From: Spirochaetia bacterium
GTDB lineage: Bacteria; Spirochaetota; Spirochaetia; CADAEX01
Length of the DNA stretch: 64,000 bases
NCBI GenBank assembly: GCA_963662265.2
Contig: CAXXHA010000010.1
Coordinates: forward strand, 128,001 to 192,000
Reading direction: 5' to 3'
Positions 23,891-34,742 of this stretch are shown piece after piece. Below the pieces are notes generated by a model. That model ran no database searches. It saw only the letters and a list, made by a program, of their open reading frames with translations, and was not told where the DNA came from. The position numbers and the translations under genes are program-made. Every line of letters starts with the position of its first letter. Position 1 is the stretch's first letter.

Positions 23891-24200
23891 TTATGAATCC
23901 TGTCCTTAATTAATATGTATGCAGCTGAAATTCCATTACAGAAACATGCCTCCCGATGTTTTTATAAATACTGAAAGAATCTCTTTACAGGCACTTTTCA
24001 AGTACTTCTATCTTTACAGTATAATACATCTGTATACAGAAAACACATTTCCAGGCTTAAGATATTACACTGCAGCAATACCTTCTCCGGAATTACAGCC
24101 TCTATAACTGCCATGTGGGTGATAAAATCACTCTTCAGGGCATAATAAAACCCATAAGGTATAAATACCAAATGGGCTCTTTTTTTATTTATTTTTCAGC

Positions 24201-24389
24201 TCAGCTCATTGAATGACGAAGAGCTGCAATCGCAATTGCAATTTCTTTCTCTCTGTTGCTTTTTCTGCCGAATGACAATTTCCCGGCATCAAACATGGCC
24301 AGAAGTTTAACTGCACCGATCATCACTACAAGAAGTGAGAAAACTGTCAACATTCCGATAACTGCTATAATAAATCCTACTGTCATCAT
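24201..24389 (-). CDS. oadG: Decarboxylase gamma subunit (OadG-like)
   Basis: GMLTVFSLL TM segment, C-terminal EIAIAIAAL, upstream of oadA. Confidence 0.75.
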   Translation of the reverse strand: MMTVGFIIAVIGMLTVFSLLVVMIGAVKLLAMFDAGKLSFGRKSNREKEIAIAIAALRHSMS

Positions 24390-24665
24390 AAACCTCCAAA
24401 CCTATGTTTATGTATTGTTACGATACATATATTATTTAAATTTCGTATCATTATCATGTATATTTGTATTATACGGTGGATTATTGCTCCGGTCAAGCTT
24501 ATAAAGTGAAAATAATTAATATTTTTCATATTTTTTCGGGAGCTGTGGATTTTATGTTAAAAAGAGGTTTATGAGTATTAAAACAGGGATTTATGTGGCA
24601 TGAGATTAAGATTGCAGACCTGATAAGGCAGACACAAAAAAGGGGCTGTGATTCAGAGATAATTT

Positions 24666-25391
24666 CTAGATATTATCAGACAGAAAGCTGAACACTTCAG
24701 CAAGATCGGAATACCTGAGAGATGCTGTGCTGTCGAGGGGAGTTTCCATATTATTCACAATAACCAGCTTCCCGCCGTTTCTGACGGCATATAAGGGAAA
24801 TGAGGAAGCAGGCTGTACAACAAGGGTGGATCCGAGAACCAGCATCAGATCGGCCCTGGAAGATTCATCAATTGCTTTACCAAGCGCCTCTTCAGGAAGC
24901 ATCTCGCCGAAAAATGTGACATCAGGCTTTACTACCCCGCCGCACTGACTGCAGACAGGATACTGCCCTTTTTTCACGATTTCACAAACAGACTCATATT
25001 CCATTTCCATGCCGCAGGAGAGGCATCTGTGAACAGAGGGGGAGCCATGGACTTCTATAACATTTTCCGATCCCCCTTTCTGATGAAGAAGATCAATATT
25101 CTGTGTTATTACAGCCTTAACAATCCCCATTTTTTCAAGACGCGCAAGTTCTGTATGGACTATTGAAGGTTTTCTTTCCTCAAGATTATAGATAAGCTCC
25201 CTTGAATTCTGGTAGTAGAAGAGGGGGTCTTTCCTGAAATACCTGATATCAAATATTTTTTCAGCATCGGCAGATTTATAGAGACCGTTCTTTCCCCTGA
25301 AGTCCCGGATCCCTGATAATGTGGAAACACCTGCGCCGGTAAATACAACACAGTATTTTGATTTTTCAAGAGCACTGACAAGTCTTTCCAT
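24666..25391 (-). CDS. cobB: NAD-dependent protein deacylase (Sir2 family)
   Basis: TGAGVSTLSGIRDFRG, TQNIDLLH, HGS, zinc CxxC pairs. Confidence 0.92.
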   Translation of the reverse strand: MERLVSALEKSKYCVVFTGAGVSTLSGIRDFRGKNGLYKSADAEKIFDIRYFRKDPLFYYQNSRELIYNLEERKPSIVHTELARLEKMGIVKAVITQNIDLLHQKGGSENVIEVHGSPSVHRCLSCGMEMEYESVCEIVKKGQYPVCSQCGGVVKPDVTFFGEMLPEEALGKAIDESSRADLMLVLGSTLVVQPASSFPLYAVRNGGKLVIVNNMETPLDSTASLRYSDLAEVFSFLSDNI

Positions 25392-25548
25392 AGGGATCCT
25401 CTTTAATCTGAGTAATATGAATTATTCAAAGCATCAATTCATTTATATCTGAATAAATAATATAATTTTTCAATATTATATATTTAAAACCGGGAATCCG
25501 GCCTGATTCCTCTCTAAGCGGTACTTTCAAAAAAAGCTTCAGAAGTTA

Positions 25549-26670
25549 TCAGCAGTAATTTCTTTCTATAAATTTCTTGAAAATATAGAGAGAATCATTA
25601 AAATCCTTTCTTCCCAGCCCCAGCCGGAAATACCTGTCATTATAACCGAAAAGTTTTCCCGGAAGCAGGAGAAGATCTTCCTCTTTTATCAGCTTTTCTG
25701 AAACATCAGAGGCAAAAATATCCTTTTTGAAACAGGGAAATGCAACAGAACCTCCCGAAGGCTCATTCCACTGAACAATATCTGCAAGATCCTCAAATAC
25801 ACCTTCGGCATAATCAAGATTGCTCCTCACAATATCGCTGCTCCTGGTAATCAGGTACTCACGGTGTCTGAGTGCAATTCTAGCGACCTCTTCAGACGGG
25901 GCGCTGTTGCATATAGTTGTATAATCCTTCATCAGGGCAATTTTCCTGTACAGTTCCCTGTTTCTCGCGGCAATCCACCCTATCCTGAGTCCAGGAAGAC
26001 CGAATGATTTTGACAGACCAAAGAGGGAAACACTGTTTTCATAAACAGTACAGCAGGCAGGAAGAGGCTCCCTGTAATTATGCTCAAGCAGCCAGTACAT
26101 CTCATCGGAAAATATAAAAACATTATTTTTCCGCGCAATATCAATAATCGCCATATAATCATCATGGGGAGGGATAAATCCTGTAGGATTGTGAGGAAAG
26201 TTGATAAAAAGCGCTTTAAGCCCCTTCTTAACTTCTCTTTCAAAAATATTAAGGTCAAGAAACCACTCCCCGTCCCTGTTTTCAAGCTCCCATTTTGCAA
26301 GTTCACAGCCGAGTGATTCAGGTATGGATTCAAAAGACTGATATATCGGGTTTAAAAACATTACCCGGTCTCCCTTCTCAAGAAGCGAATTGAGGGTAAG
26401 ATAAATACATTCCTCGGGCGCTGCAACAAATATTTCATCGGCTGAAAAACCCTGGTAAAGAGCGGCAATTTCATCTCTTAAGGCAGCAGAACCGTTTGAT
26501 TCTGTATACCCGAGATTCATATTCATGAAATCGTTCTTCTCTTCATTATCCAGAAGATTCAGGATCCGGCTGAGAGAAAGAGTTTCACAGTCCGAGCAGC
26601 TGAGCTGCCTTGAAACTGAAAATTCAAATTCAGCAAAATACCTTTCAAGTCTGAATGGTGTATATTTCAT
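25549..26670 (-). CDS. Class I/II PLP-dependent aminotransferase
   Basis: NFPHNPTG, SDEMY, SKSFGLPGLRIGW. Confidence 0.9.
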   Translation of the reverse strand: MKYTPFRLERYFAEFEFSVSRQLSCSDCETLSLSRILNLLDNEEKNDFMNMNLGYTESNGSAALRDEIAALYQGFSADEIFVAAPEECIYLTLNSLLEKGDRVMFLNPIYQSFESIPESLGCELAKWELENRDGEWFLDLNIFEREVKKGLKALFINFPHNPTGFIPPHDDYMAIIDIARKNNVFIFSDEMYWLLEHNYREPLPACCTVYENSVSLFGLSKSFGLPGLRIGWIAARNRELYRKIALMKDYTTICNSAPSEEVARIALRHREYLITRSSDIVRSNLDYAEGVFEDLADIVQWNEPSGGSVAFPCFKKDIFASDVSEKLIKEEDLLLLPGKLFGYNDRYFRLGLGRKDFNDSLYIFKKFIERNYC

Positions 26671-26818
26671 TATTACCAACTCCCGTTAATCTGCAACAGA
26701 TTACTTTATTTATATTGAATCTCCCGGATCTGTCAGCCATTATTCAACTATCAAAATCCGGCATTTCCTCTATTTACAACTTTATAACATTCTCATGTGT
26801 TCTGTAAATTAATTTTTA

Positions 26819-28027
26819 TCAGAGTACAATTCTTCCGTATTTACCGTCAAAGCCGTAAACTATATCAAATGTATTGTTTTTTATACGGCTTATCCCTTCT
26901 GTAACAGCATCCGGAATATTTTTCAAGGGAGGAAGATCATCTTCCAGCCAGATAGCGCTTTCCCGGCCCGCCTGCATTATAATATTCATGTAAATTTCAG
27001 AAGCCTTCTTTGTGCCGGCTCCGCAGGAGAGGCTTTCTGCAATAACCTCAATCAGCGGGATCTGGTAGACAAAAGGCTGAGTATTTTTCTTTTCTCCGCT
27101 GTATATGAATGAAGTTCTCTCCCTTACCCCATGCACAAGAGGTTTTCCGCATACCGGGCATATTTCAGGAGGGTTATCGAGAAAAAAAACATCCTCACCG
27201 GCATGTCCATCCCTGTCTCCCCTGTGTCCTGTAAGGTAATACCGCCCTTCGAATGGGGGAAATTCGGCAGTCTTTACTATTGAAGAGTTTTTTATAGAAC
27301 TGAAAACACCTTCCGTGCTTATTTCATCCGCATCAATCTCGGTAAACTCTCTCCCAAGCCTGTTGAATGCAGCAGAGTGCGCATCGCTTGATGATATTAC
27401 AGGGACACCGAGAGCCCCGGATACAGAAGAAAGCATCTCGGGGTCTGCACTCAATCCTGATTCAAGTGCATCAATCAGGTTCTCACACTCTCCCCATATT
27501 TCAGATACTGAATCAACAGGATTTTTCCCTCCCAGTATCCCGTCAGGTGTAACCACATGGGCTGGGATAAGAAGAGACGGAATCTTTCTTTTAAAGTCTG
27601 AGAAAAACTGCTGCATCTCCTGGGCAGAATCAAATTTGACGAAAGGACGTCCAATCCCGAGCTTGCTTCCCTGTTTCAGAAACATCCTGCGGGCTTCAGG
27701 GATACTCTCCTTGTTTTTAAAGAGAATAACCATATGAAAAAGCTTTCTCTTTTTTTCATTACGGGAATAGGGAAGTGTTATTATCACCTCTGTCTGTGGA
27801 AAGAGATAGTGAGACTCGCCTCCCCGGCTTATATTCCAGAGCTGCCTCTCTTTGTCAAACTCAAATTCAGCATCAAGTTCATTCTCCCATTTCTCCAGGA
27901 GGATGTCCCCGCTTCCATATATATCTATACCCTTTGCCCCCATTACAAACCGGAGCCTTTCAAAATCAACCTTACCGCTAGCCCCGGCGTACGGGGAATG
28001 AGAATGCAAATCAACAACAAGATTCAT
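26819..28027 (-). CDS. Endonuclease Q-like PHP-domain protein
   Basis: DLHSHS, PAHV, ESGLSAD, SSDAHS, RLGRE, CPVCG, GFDGKYG. Confidence 0.8.
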   Translation of the reverse strand: MNLVVDLHSHSPYAGASGKVDFERLRFVMGAKGIDIYGSGDILLEKWENELDAEFEFDKERQLWNISRGGESHYLFPQTEVIITLPYSRNEKKRKLFHMVILFKNKESIPEARRMFLKQGSKLGIGRPFVKFDSAQEMQQFFSDFKRKIPSLLIPAHVVTPDGILGGKNPVDSVSEIWGECENLIDALESGLSADPEMLSSVSGALGVPVISSSDAHSAAFNRLGREFTEIDADEISTEGVFSSIKNSSIVKTAEFPPFEGRYYLTGHRGDRDGHAGEDVFFLDNPPEICPVCGKPLVHGVRERTSFIYSGEKKNTQPFVYQIPLIEVIAESLSCGAGTKKASEIYMNIIMQAGRESAIWLEDDLPPLKNIPDAVTEGISRIKNNTFDIVYGFDGKYGRIVL

Positions 28028-28261
28028 AGTATTTTCCTTGAAATCAGTATTCAGAAGTTCAGAATCCCTTTAAACAGGGATACACCGGTATTTTCCCGGT
28101 ATAAAACTCTGCAGGGATAACCGATTATATTCTAAATTGTGAGTGAATAAAACCTCTTTTTGTCATGGCAGAACAAGCGGAATATATTGTTATTGATTCA
28201 GCAACTTAATAACACTTCATGGATGGCAAAACATCTGTTTATCTGTTAGATTCTTCCCGAT

Positions 28262-29164
28262 ATGATTAAACAGAAATACAGGGCGGAAATATATCTTGCA
28301 ACAGCAACTCTGATCTGGGGAGCAACCTTTGTTATAATAAAAGAGGGGCTTAAAAGCTCATCCCCTGTACTCTTCATAGGAATCAGGTTTACAGCAGCCT
28401 TTCTCATTATGGGAGTATTAAACAGGAAAAGCTTCAGAAACGCGACAGGGAAAATGTGGAAACATGCCCTGATTCTGGGAATTCTGAATTACATAGCATA
28501 TGCTGCCCAGACAATCGGCCTTGAATACACAACAGTCGCAAAATCAAGCCTGGTAACATACCTGTTTTCCGTCATCACCCCTCCTCTTCAGTATATAATA
28601 ACAGGGAAGAAACCATCTGCCGGAAATGTTACAGGCCTTTTAATTGTATTTACAGGGATGATGATTATAACATCCCCCGGGGCAGAGGGGATAAATTTCG
28701 GAGACATACTGACACTTGCTAGCGCATTTTCATATGCCTTCTATATTGTATATATTGATGTCTATTCTTCGGCCAAAGACGCAGGATTCCTGGTATCAGT
28801 GCAGTTTCTGATAACCGGGCTGCTTGGTTTTATTACAGCTCCAATGGTTGAAAAAACCTTTATCGTGTTTGATCTGAACCTCATATTATCAATAGCCTAC
28901 CTTTCAATACTTGGAAGCGTTGTAGCAATCTACCTTATTAACCGTTTTCAGAAATATACAACTCCCACAAAAGCAGTAATTATATACTCACTCGAACCTC
29001 TTTTTTCCGTTCTTCTGGGTATAATAATTCTCAACGAATCAAAATCTGCTGCAAAATTCAGCGGCATGGCACTCATAATCGGAGGGATACTGTTTTCTGA
29101 ACTATGGGAGAATTTCAGGAATAAAAAAGCTTCCAGGAAAGAATACATGCTGAAATCAGATTAG
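28262..29164 (+). CDS. DMT/EamA family transporter
   Basis: IWGATFVIIK, 10 TM segments, SLEPLF. Confidence 0.9.
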   Translation: MIKQKYRAEIYLATATLIWGATFVIIKEGLKSSSPVLFIGIRFTAAFLIMGVLNRKSFRNATGKMWKHALILGILNYIAYAAQTIGLEYTTVAKSSLVTYLFSVITPPLQYIITGKKPSAGNVTGLLIVFTGMMIITSPGAEGINFGDILTLASAFSYAFYIVYIDVYSSAKDAGFLVSVQFLITGLLGFITAPMVEKTFIVFDLNLILSIAYLSILGSVVAIYLINRFQKYTTPTKAVIIYSLEPLFSVLLGIIILNESKSAAKFSGMALIIGGILFSELWENFRNKKASRKEYMLKSD

Positions 29165-29219
29165 GAATAATTTTCGATTTTCGTAGCAACAGAATCCTTT
29201 TATGACAGGATTCTGAGCA

Positions 29220-30098
29220 TTATCTTTTCCGCAGCGACTTGTTTTTATACATGACAGTATCTGCTCTTCTGAGGACCTCTCCAAGTGTCATATCGCAGTG
29301 GACAGGAACAAGACCGTATGTAAAATCAACTTCATAGTCTCTTATCTCGTCTCTGACCAGGGATCTGAACCTTTCAATTATTCCGCCTGCCACCTCAAGC
29401 TCCATTGTATCGACAACAAGAACAAATTCATCTCCGCCCAGCCTGAAAAACTGATCACTGCTTCTCTTGTACCGTGTTAAGATTTCCGCAAAATCCCTGA
29501 GAATCCGGTCCCCTGTATCATGGCCGTGTCTGTCATTTATTTCCTTGAATCCGTCAAGATCTATATAGCAGAATGTAACAGATTCTGTAATCATTTCATC
29601 TCCATAAAGCTGAAGAAGGGCCCTCCTGTTATAAATTCCGGTAAGGGAATCATGAAGAGATGTATGCTTGAGAGTTACTATTTTCCGGTCCTTCCTTTTC
29701 GTAATAACAACAAAGCCAAGCAGAAGAACAGCAACAGATATGAGCATTATATAATCAGCAAAAAAATCTTCAATTTTATCGACAACACCATCTTCAGCAA
29801 ACCAGAATATTTCTTCAAACCATTCGAGAAAATAAACCAGAGACATGATAAGTATTGCAAGCGAAACAAGCCTGAATCTGAATTCCCTGTAAATTATATA
29901 AGCTGTAAATAAAAGGACAAAACTTATTATCGAATTATTGTAAACTTCATAAACTTCACGAATAAGACCGTTAGCAGTCATATAAATAATAACAGAAAAA
30001 TAAACAATAAAACTGACAAGAAATTCGAGAAATATTCTGTTGTTGAGGATCTTATGAGAGTTATTTGAATTGGGATTACATTTGTTTTCCTTTCCCAT
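29220..30098 (-). CDS. Membrane-bound diguanylate cyclase
   Basis: N-terminal TM segments; DSLTGIYNRR, DLDGFKEIND, RLGGDEF. Confidence 0.9.
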   Translation of the reverse strand: MGKENKCNPNSNNSHKILNNRIFLEFLVSFIVYFSVIIYMTANGLIREVYEVYNNSIISFVLLFTAYIIYREFRFRLVSLAILIMSLVYFLEWFEEIFWFAEDGVVDKIEDFFADYIMLISVAVLLLGFVVITKRKDRKIVTLKHTSLHDSLTGIYNRRALLQLYGDEMITESVTFCYIDLDGFKEINDRHGHDTGDRILRDFAEILTRYKRSSDQFFRLGGDEFVLVVDTMELEVAGGIIERFRSLVRDEIRDYEVDFTYGLVPVHCDMTLGEVLRRADTVMYKNKSLRKR

Positions 30099-30201
30099 AG
30101 AACAATAATAGCATAATTATCTGAAATTACATATTTTTTTAACAAACAAAGATTTATGCTTTATTGCCTATTACAGATAATCTGATAGAATTAAACGTGT
30201 T

Positions 30202-32370
30202 ATGCAAAGATTAAACACAAGATCAACAAGAGTATCAGCATCATTAATATCGGCAGTAATTGTATCTTCAGTGCTTTATGCAGTTTCACCCTGTCTTACA
30301 GACAAAAGCGCTGTATTAAAACTGAAGATTGAAGATATTTCCGACATATTATTTTCAGCTTCCATAATTATTCACATTGCCTGGATAATTATGATTTCAG
30401 CGCTTAAAGGTAAACAGGGGAATATCGCACAGAGGCTTCCAGATTTTTTCATAGTTTCCACACTGATGTTTTTTCTATTCAACTACCTTTTCGCCGCAAA
30501 CGCAGGACTCGAATATGTCCAGAGATTTGCAAAAACATCAGATGTTCTCAGCTTTGCACCTGACACAGGAACAGAGAGGCTTATAACAGCGCTGCTTTTT
30601 ACCCCGATCCTGGCGGCAGATATATTTGCTTCTTTAGTTTTCAGGAGAGAAAAACTTCTTTCCATAAACAGCATGAGGCTTCCCCTCACACTGCTGTCTG
30701 CCCTCTTATACGCTTTTTCATTCCCCTCCTTCCTGCATCTTGAAGGTTTCGGGATACTTATATTTATTGCATTTATACCGCTTTTGATAGTTTTCAAGAT
30801 TTCTTCAGTCAGGAGAGCTGTTTTCTACGGCATAGCATTCGGAATATTTCAGACAATGATTATCAACTACTGGCTCGCAACATTCAGCCTTGTATCTCTT
30901 CAGTTTGTCACAATACTCTACACCCTTCTTTTTACTTTTTTTATGTCGTTTTCCGTCTATATCTACAGAAAATCAAAAATCGGGTGGCTTCTATTCCCCT
31001 TTGCATGGATTGTATTTGAATGGGCAAGATCTTCCGGCTTCTCGGCATATCCGTGGTGCCTGACAGGATCAGCTATTTACAAATACCTTCCCCTTATCCA
31101 GATCGCATCTGTCACAGGTATATGGGGAATATCCTTCATGGTTGTTCTTATAAACACTTCGCTGGCAGAATTACTGTATACAACACTTGCATCAGGCAGT
31201 GAGAATAACACTGCACAACCAGCAGCCAAAAAAAGCTTCACACTTCTCACTGAAGGCTCAAGCGGCCTTTATGATGAAGGGCAGGCGGAGAAGAGAGGCA
31301 GGAAGGAAAAATTATTCTGCAAGCCATGCAGCAGTCTGAAAAAATACATACCTGTAATAACAGCATTGACTGTAACATCAGCAGTCCTGATATTCGGCCT
31401 TTATGAGCTAGAAAGAGACAGCAGATTAAAAGCAGACAGGAAGGTCTCCCTGTCTCTCATACAGCAGAATGCGGATCCGAGGAAAACAGGATACGGAGAA
31501 AGCTTTGAATCGCTTAAGAAACTTACAGATGAGGCAAGAAGCCTTGAGAAAACAGACCTTGTGGTATGGTCTGAAACAGCCTTTGTCCCTAACATAAGAA
31601 GGTGGGGTTCACTTGAAAGAGACTACAACTCACTCACCCGGATTACACACAAATTCCTCGATTACCAGAGAGAGGGAAATTTTTATCTCGTTACGGGAAA
31701 CGATGACTACGAGATTATTGAAAACAGCGACGGGAGTGTTGTGAGAAATGAATATAACGCAGCAGTATTTTTTTCCGACAAGGGAAAGAGGCTTGATACA
31801 TACAGGAAAATCAGGCTTGTCCCGTTCACAGAATACTTTCCCTTCAAAAAGCAGCTTCCATGGATGTATGAAATACTGATAAAGATGGATGTATACCTCT
31901 GGGAACCGGGAAAAGTCAGGACAGTTTTCAAACATCCCGAATTCAGCTTCTCAACCCCTATCTGTTTCGAAGACCTTTTCCCCGGTTATGTCAGGGGCTT
32001 TGTGATAAACGGTGCAGATATGATTATAAACATATCAAACGATTACTGGTCTCTCACAGAAACCGAAGGGATGCAGCATTTTGTAAACAGCCTGTTCAGG
32101 GCTGTCGAAAACAGGAGACATGTTGCAAGAGGGACTGCATCAGGACTTACTGGTGTAATTGACAGGACAGGAAAAATTCTTGAGACAGTACCTTTCTACA
32201 GCAGGGAATATATGAATATAGATATTCCGATCAGTAATGAAAACAACAGGTCCCTTTCATTTTACACAAGGCACGGAGACTGGTTCCCGTTTCTTTCCCT
32301 GCTTGTCTTTGTTACAGCTTTTTTTCTGACCGCAATACTGGATATTCTCAGGAAAAAAACAGGACGGTAA
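30202..32370 (+). CDS. lnt: Apolipoprotein N-acyltransferase with N-terminal membrane extension
   Basis: VVWSETA, YRKIRLVPFTEY, ICFEDLF, NISND, RAVENRR. Confidence 0.9.
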   Translation: MQRLNTRSTRVSASLISAVIVSSVLYAVSPCLTDKSAVLKLKIEDISDILFSASIIIHIAWIIMISALKGKQGNIAQRLPDFFIVSTLMFFLFNYLFAANAGLEYVQRFAKTSDVLSFAPDTGTERLITALLFTPILAADIFASLVFRREKLLSINSMRLPLTLLSALLYAFSFPSFLHLEGFGILIFIAFIPLLIVFKISSVRRAVFYGIAFGIFQTMIINYWLATFSLVSLQFVTILYTLLFTFFMSFSVYIYRKSKIGWLLFPFAWIVFEWARSSGFSAYPWCLTGSAIYKYLPLIQIASVTGIWGISFMVVLINTSLAELLYTTLASGSENNTAQPAAKKSFTLLTEGSSGLYDEGQAEKRGRKEKLFCKPCSSLKKYIPVITALTVTSAVLIFGLYELERDSRLKADRKVSLSLIQQNADPRKTGYGESFESLKKLTDEARSLEKTDLVVWSETAFVPNIRRWGSLERDYNSLTRITHKFLDYQREGNFYLVTGNDDYEIIENSDGSVVRNEYNAAVFFSDKGKRLDTYRKIRLVPFTEYFPFKKQLPWMYEILIKMDVYLWEPGKVRTVFKHPEFSFSTPICFEDLFPGYVRGFVINGADMIINISNDYWSLTETEGMQHFVNSLFRAVENRRHVARGTASGLTGVIDRTGKILETVPFYSREYMNIDIPISNENNRSLSFYTRHGDWFPFLSLLVFVTAFFLTAILDILRKKTGR

Positions 32371-32377
32371 AACAGGG

Positions 32378-33301
32378 ATGGCTGATTTTTACAGGTACAG
32401 GGCAAAATCTGCACTGCATCATCACAACAGGAAAAACCTACCCTACTCCACAGACCTGAACCTTTATACAGGATGCAGCCACAGCTGCATATACTGCTAT
32501 GCCGCGGCCAGGAGGATACAGAGAACAGGAAGAGACTGCGGGAAAACAGGATACAAGGAAAACATTACAGAGCTCCTTGAAAAGGAACTTTACAGCGAAG
32601 ACTTCAGCCGAAAAATAATAAACATAGGGGGATCTACCGATTCCTACCAGGAGAGTGAAAGGGAAACCGGAGCAATGAGGGATATACTCAGGCTGCTGAT
32701 AAAACATCGAGTTCCTGTAATAATAAGCACAAAGTCTGACCTGATACTGAGGGACATTGATCTTATCAGGGAACTTTCAGGGCTGACATATGTAAACATT
32801 GCTTTTTCAATATCAACACTTAATCCTGATCATTCCGCCATATTTGAACCGGGAACACATGAACCTTTAAGAAGAATAAAAGCACTCAAGGAATTTTCAG
32901 AAGCGGGAATAAATTCTGCCCTCCACTTCTTTCCTGCAATACCATTCATATCTGATACCGAGGATATGATTGAATCGGTGGTATCGTCAGCTGCTGATTC
33001 TGGATGCAGGTATCTCATGCCGGGGTTTCTGTATCTCACGGGAAATATCAGAAACGTCTTTTTCGAAAAGCTGAAGAAGAGAAGCCCTGAACTGGAAGAG
33101 AAAATCAGGAATGTGTATGTAAGCGGAAAACTCGATAAAGAAGTTAAATACAGTTTTTATGCAAAACTCAATAAATATGCTGCAAAATACGGAGTTGAAA
33201 CAAACTACAGGAAATTCACACCTGAAAACCTCATCCCGCCCGGAAGAAAGAATCATAAAATGGAATACAGCAGAACTGAAGGACAGCTTGAACTGTTTTA
33301 G
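32378..33301 (+). CDS. Radical SAM protein (SplB/Rv2578c-like)
   Basis: YTGCSHSCIYCYA, TDSYQ, STKS; C-terminal QLELF clamp-binding-like motif. Confidence 0.85.
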   Translation: MADFYRYRAKSALHHHNRKNLPYSTDLNLYTGCSHSCIYCYAAARRIQRTGRDCGKTGYKENITELLEKELYSEDFSRKIINIGGSTDSYQESERETGAMRDILRLLIKHRVPVIISTKSDLILRDIDLIRELSGLTYVNIAFSISTLNPDHSAIFEPGTHEPLRRIKALKEFSEAGINSALHFFPAIPFISDTEDMIESVVSSAADSGCRYLMPGFLYLTGNIRNVFFEKLKKRSPELEEKIRNVYVSGKLDKEVKYSFYAKLNKYAAKYGVETNYRKFTPENLIPPGRKNHKMEYSRTEGQLELF

Positions 33302-33452
33302 CAGCAATAATCAGGCATTCAGAATATTTATATATTCAAAGAGCCTTGAAATCCTGAATCTTTAAAAGCCTGTCACACTTGATAAAATATCAATTACTAT
33401 TTATTTTTAAGTGTGAGAAACAGTCACAAACAGATCAAAACAGGGAAGAATA

Positions 33453-33968
33453 ATGGGCGAAAAACTATATTTTACTTATAACGACATACATAAAACAATA
33501 AAAAAACTCTCTATAGAAATTTCAGAATCAGATTTCAAACCTGACCTCATGGTTGCGATAGGAACAGGGGGATTTATCCCGGCACGAATCATGAAAACAT
33601 TCCTTAACCTTCCTATCCTCACAGTCGGAATCAAGTACTATGACAGCAACAACAAGATTCAGAGTGAACCTGAAAAAATCCAGTGGATCGATGAGGTGGA
33701 AAAAAGGCTCAAGGGGAAAAAAATACTTCTGGTCGATGAAGTTGATGATTCCCGTTCAACCCTGGAATACTGCCTGAGAGAGCTCCTCAAGCATGAACCA
33801 GAGGAAATCGCAGTTGCAGTGCTTCACCAGAAAGACAAGGAAAAGGCAGGTGTAATACCTGAGGAAATAAACAGATACTTCACAGGGGAAACAATACCTG
33901 ATTACTGGTGCTGCTACCCGTGGGATGCAGATGACATCGATATGCATGACAGCTCAAGCAGGAAATAA
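33453..33968 (+). CDS. Purine phosphoribosyltransferase family protein
   Basis: AIGTGGFIPA, LLVDEVDDSRSTL, YPW. Confidence 0.88.
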   Translation: MGEKLYFTYNDIHKTIKKLSIEISESDFKPDLMVAIGTGGFIPARIMKTFLNLPILTVGIKYYDSNNKIQSEPEKIQWIDEVEKRLKGKKILLVDEVDDSRSTLEYCLRELLKHEPEEIAVAVLHQKDKEKAGVIPEEINRYFTGETIPDYWCCYPWDADDIDMHDSSSRK

Positions 33969-34339
33969 TATTTAAGATTTTCCGGATTATCTATAAACAG
34001 GATAATCCGGAAAAAACTGCCCCAGAAAAAGCACCACCATTCACCCGGTTCTGATCCCATCTGAATCAAAACATTCTGAAACTTTTTTACAGATCTTTCC
34101 CTTTTTACTGATAGCTTTACAGCTTCTTTACAGAACCCCCTTGTAACAGGTCTGCATTTTTTTCAAGCATCGCAACACTACCTTTATATTTTATCCGCCC
34201 TTGGGCAGGAACTTCTTCTTTACAGGACAGGAGGGGAAATAACGCAGACTGAAAACTTCAGCAAAATAACAGATCAGGAAAACTTCTTGTAAAAAAAACT
34301 TATTCACATGTTATTATTGGAAAAACAGGGGGATGAGAA

Positions 34340-34660
34340 ATGATAGATATTAATCTTGATTCGATTAAAGAACGGGAAGTTGTAAAGGGATTCAGGGGAA
34401 GATTTATCCATTCCGAGAGCATGACACATGCCTACTGGAACATTGATAAGGGAGCCGACCTCCCTGAACACGCTCATGTTCATGAACAGGTTGTAAACAT
34501 TCTTGAAGGGGAATTCGAACTTACAGTTGGAGGAGAAAAAAAGATTATCAAACCGGGCGACATTGTGGTTATCCCGTCCAATATACCCCATACAGGAAGA
34601 GCAATAACTAACTGCAGAATACTTGATGTGTTTTCACCTGTGAGAGAGGATATGAAGTAA
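34340..34660 (+). CDS. Cupin domain protein
   Basis: PEHAHVHEQ, IPSNIPH, DVFSPVRED. Confidence 0.9.
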   Translation: MIDINLDSIKEREVVKGFRGRFIHSESMTHAYWNIDKGADLPEHAHVHEQVVNILEGEFELTVGGEKKIIKPGDIVVIPSNIPHTGRAITNCRILDVFSPVREDMK

Positions 34661-34685
34661 ACAGTCCCGGACTTTCCTTGCAGTG

Positions 34686-34707
34686 TTATCACGCAATACA
34701 GACAATT
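34686..34707 (+). repeat. 22-bp direct repeat, copy 1 (downstream of the integrase gene)
   Basis: TTATCACGCAATACAGACAATT; 21/22 identical to 35619-35640. Confidence 0.85.
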
Positions 34708-34742
34708 TGGATTTTAAGACTTATCAGGAAATACACATAACT

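Noticed and set aside
779-33947. Numerous antisense or overlapping ORFs of 60-210 aa in the ORF track
   Set aside because: They are shadows of well-supported genes on the opposite strand or in another frame, with no motifs.
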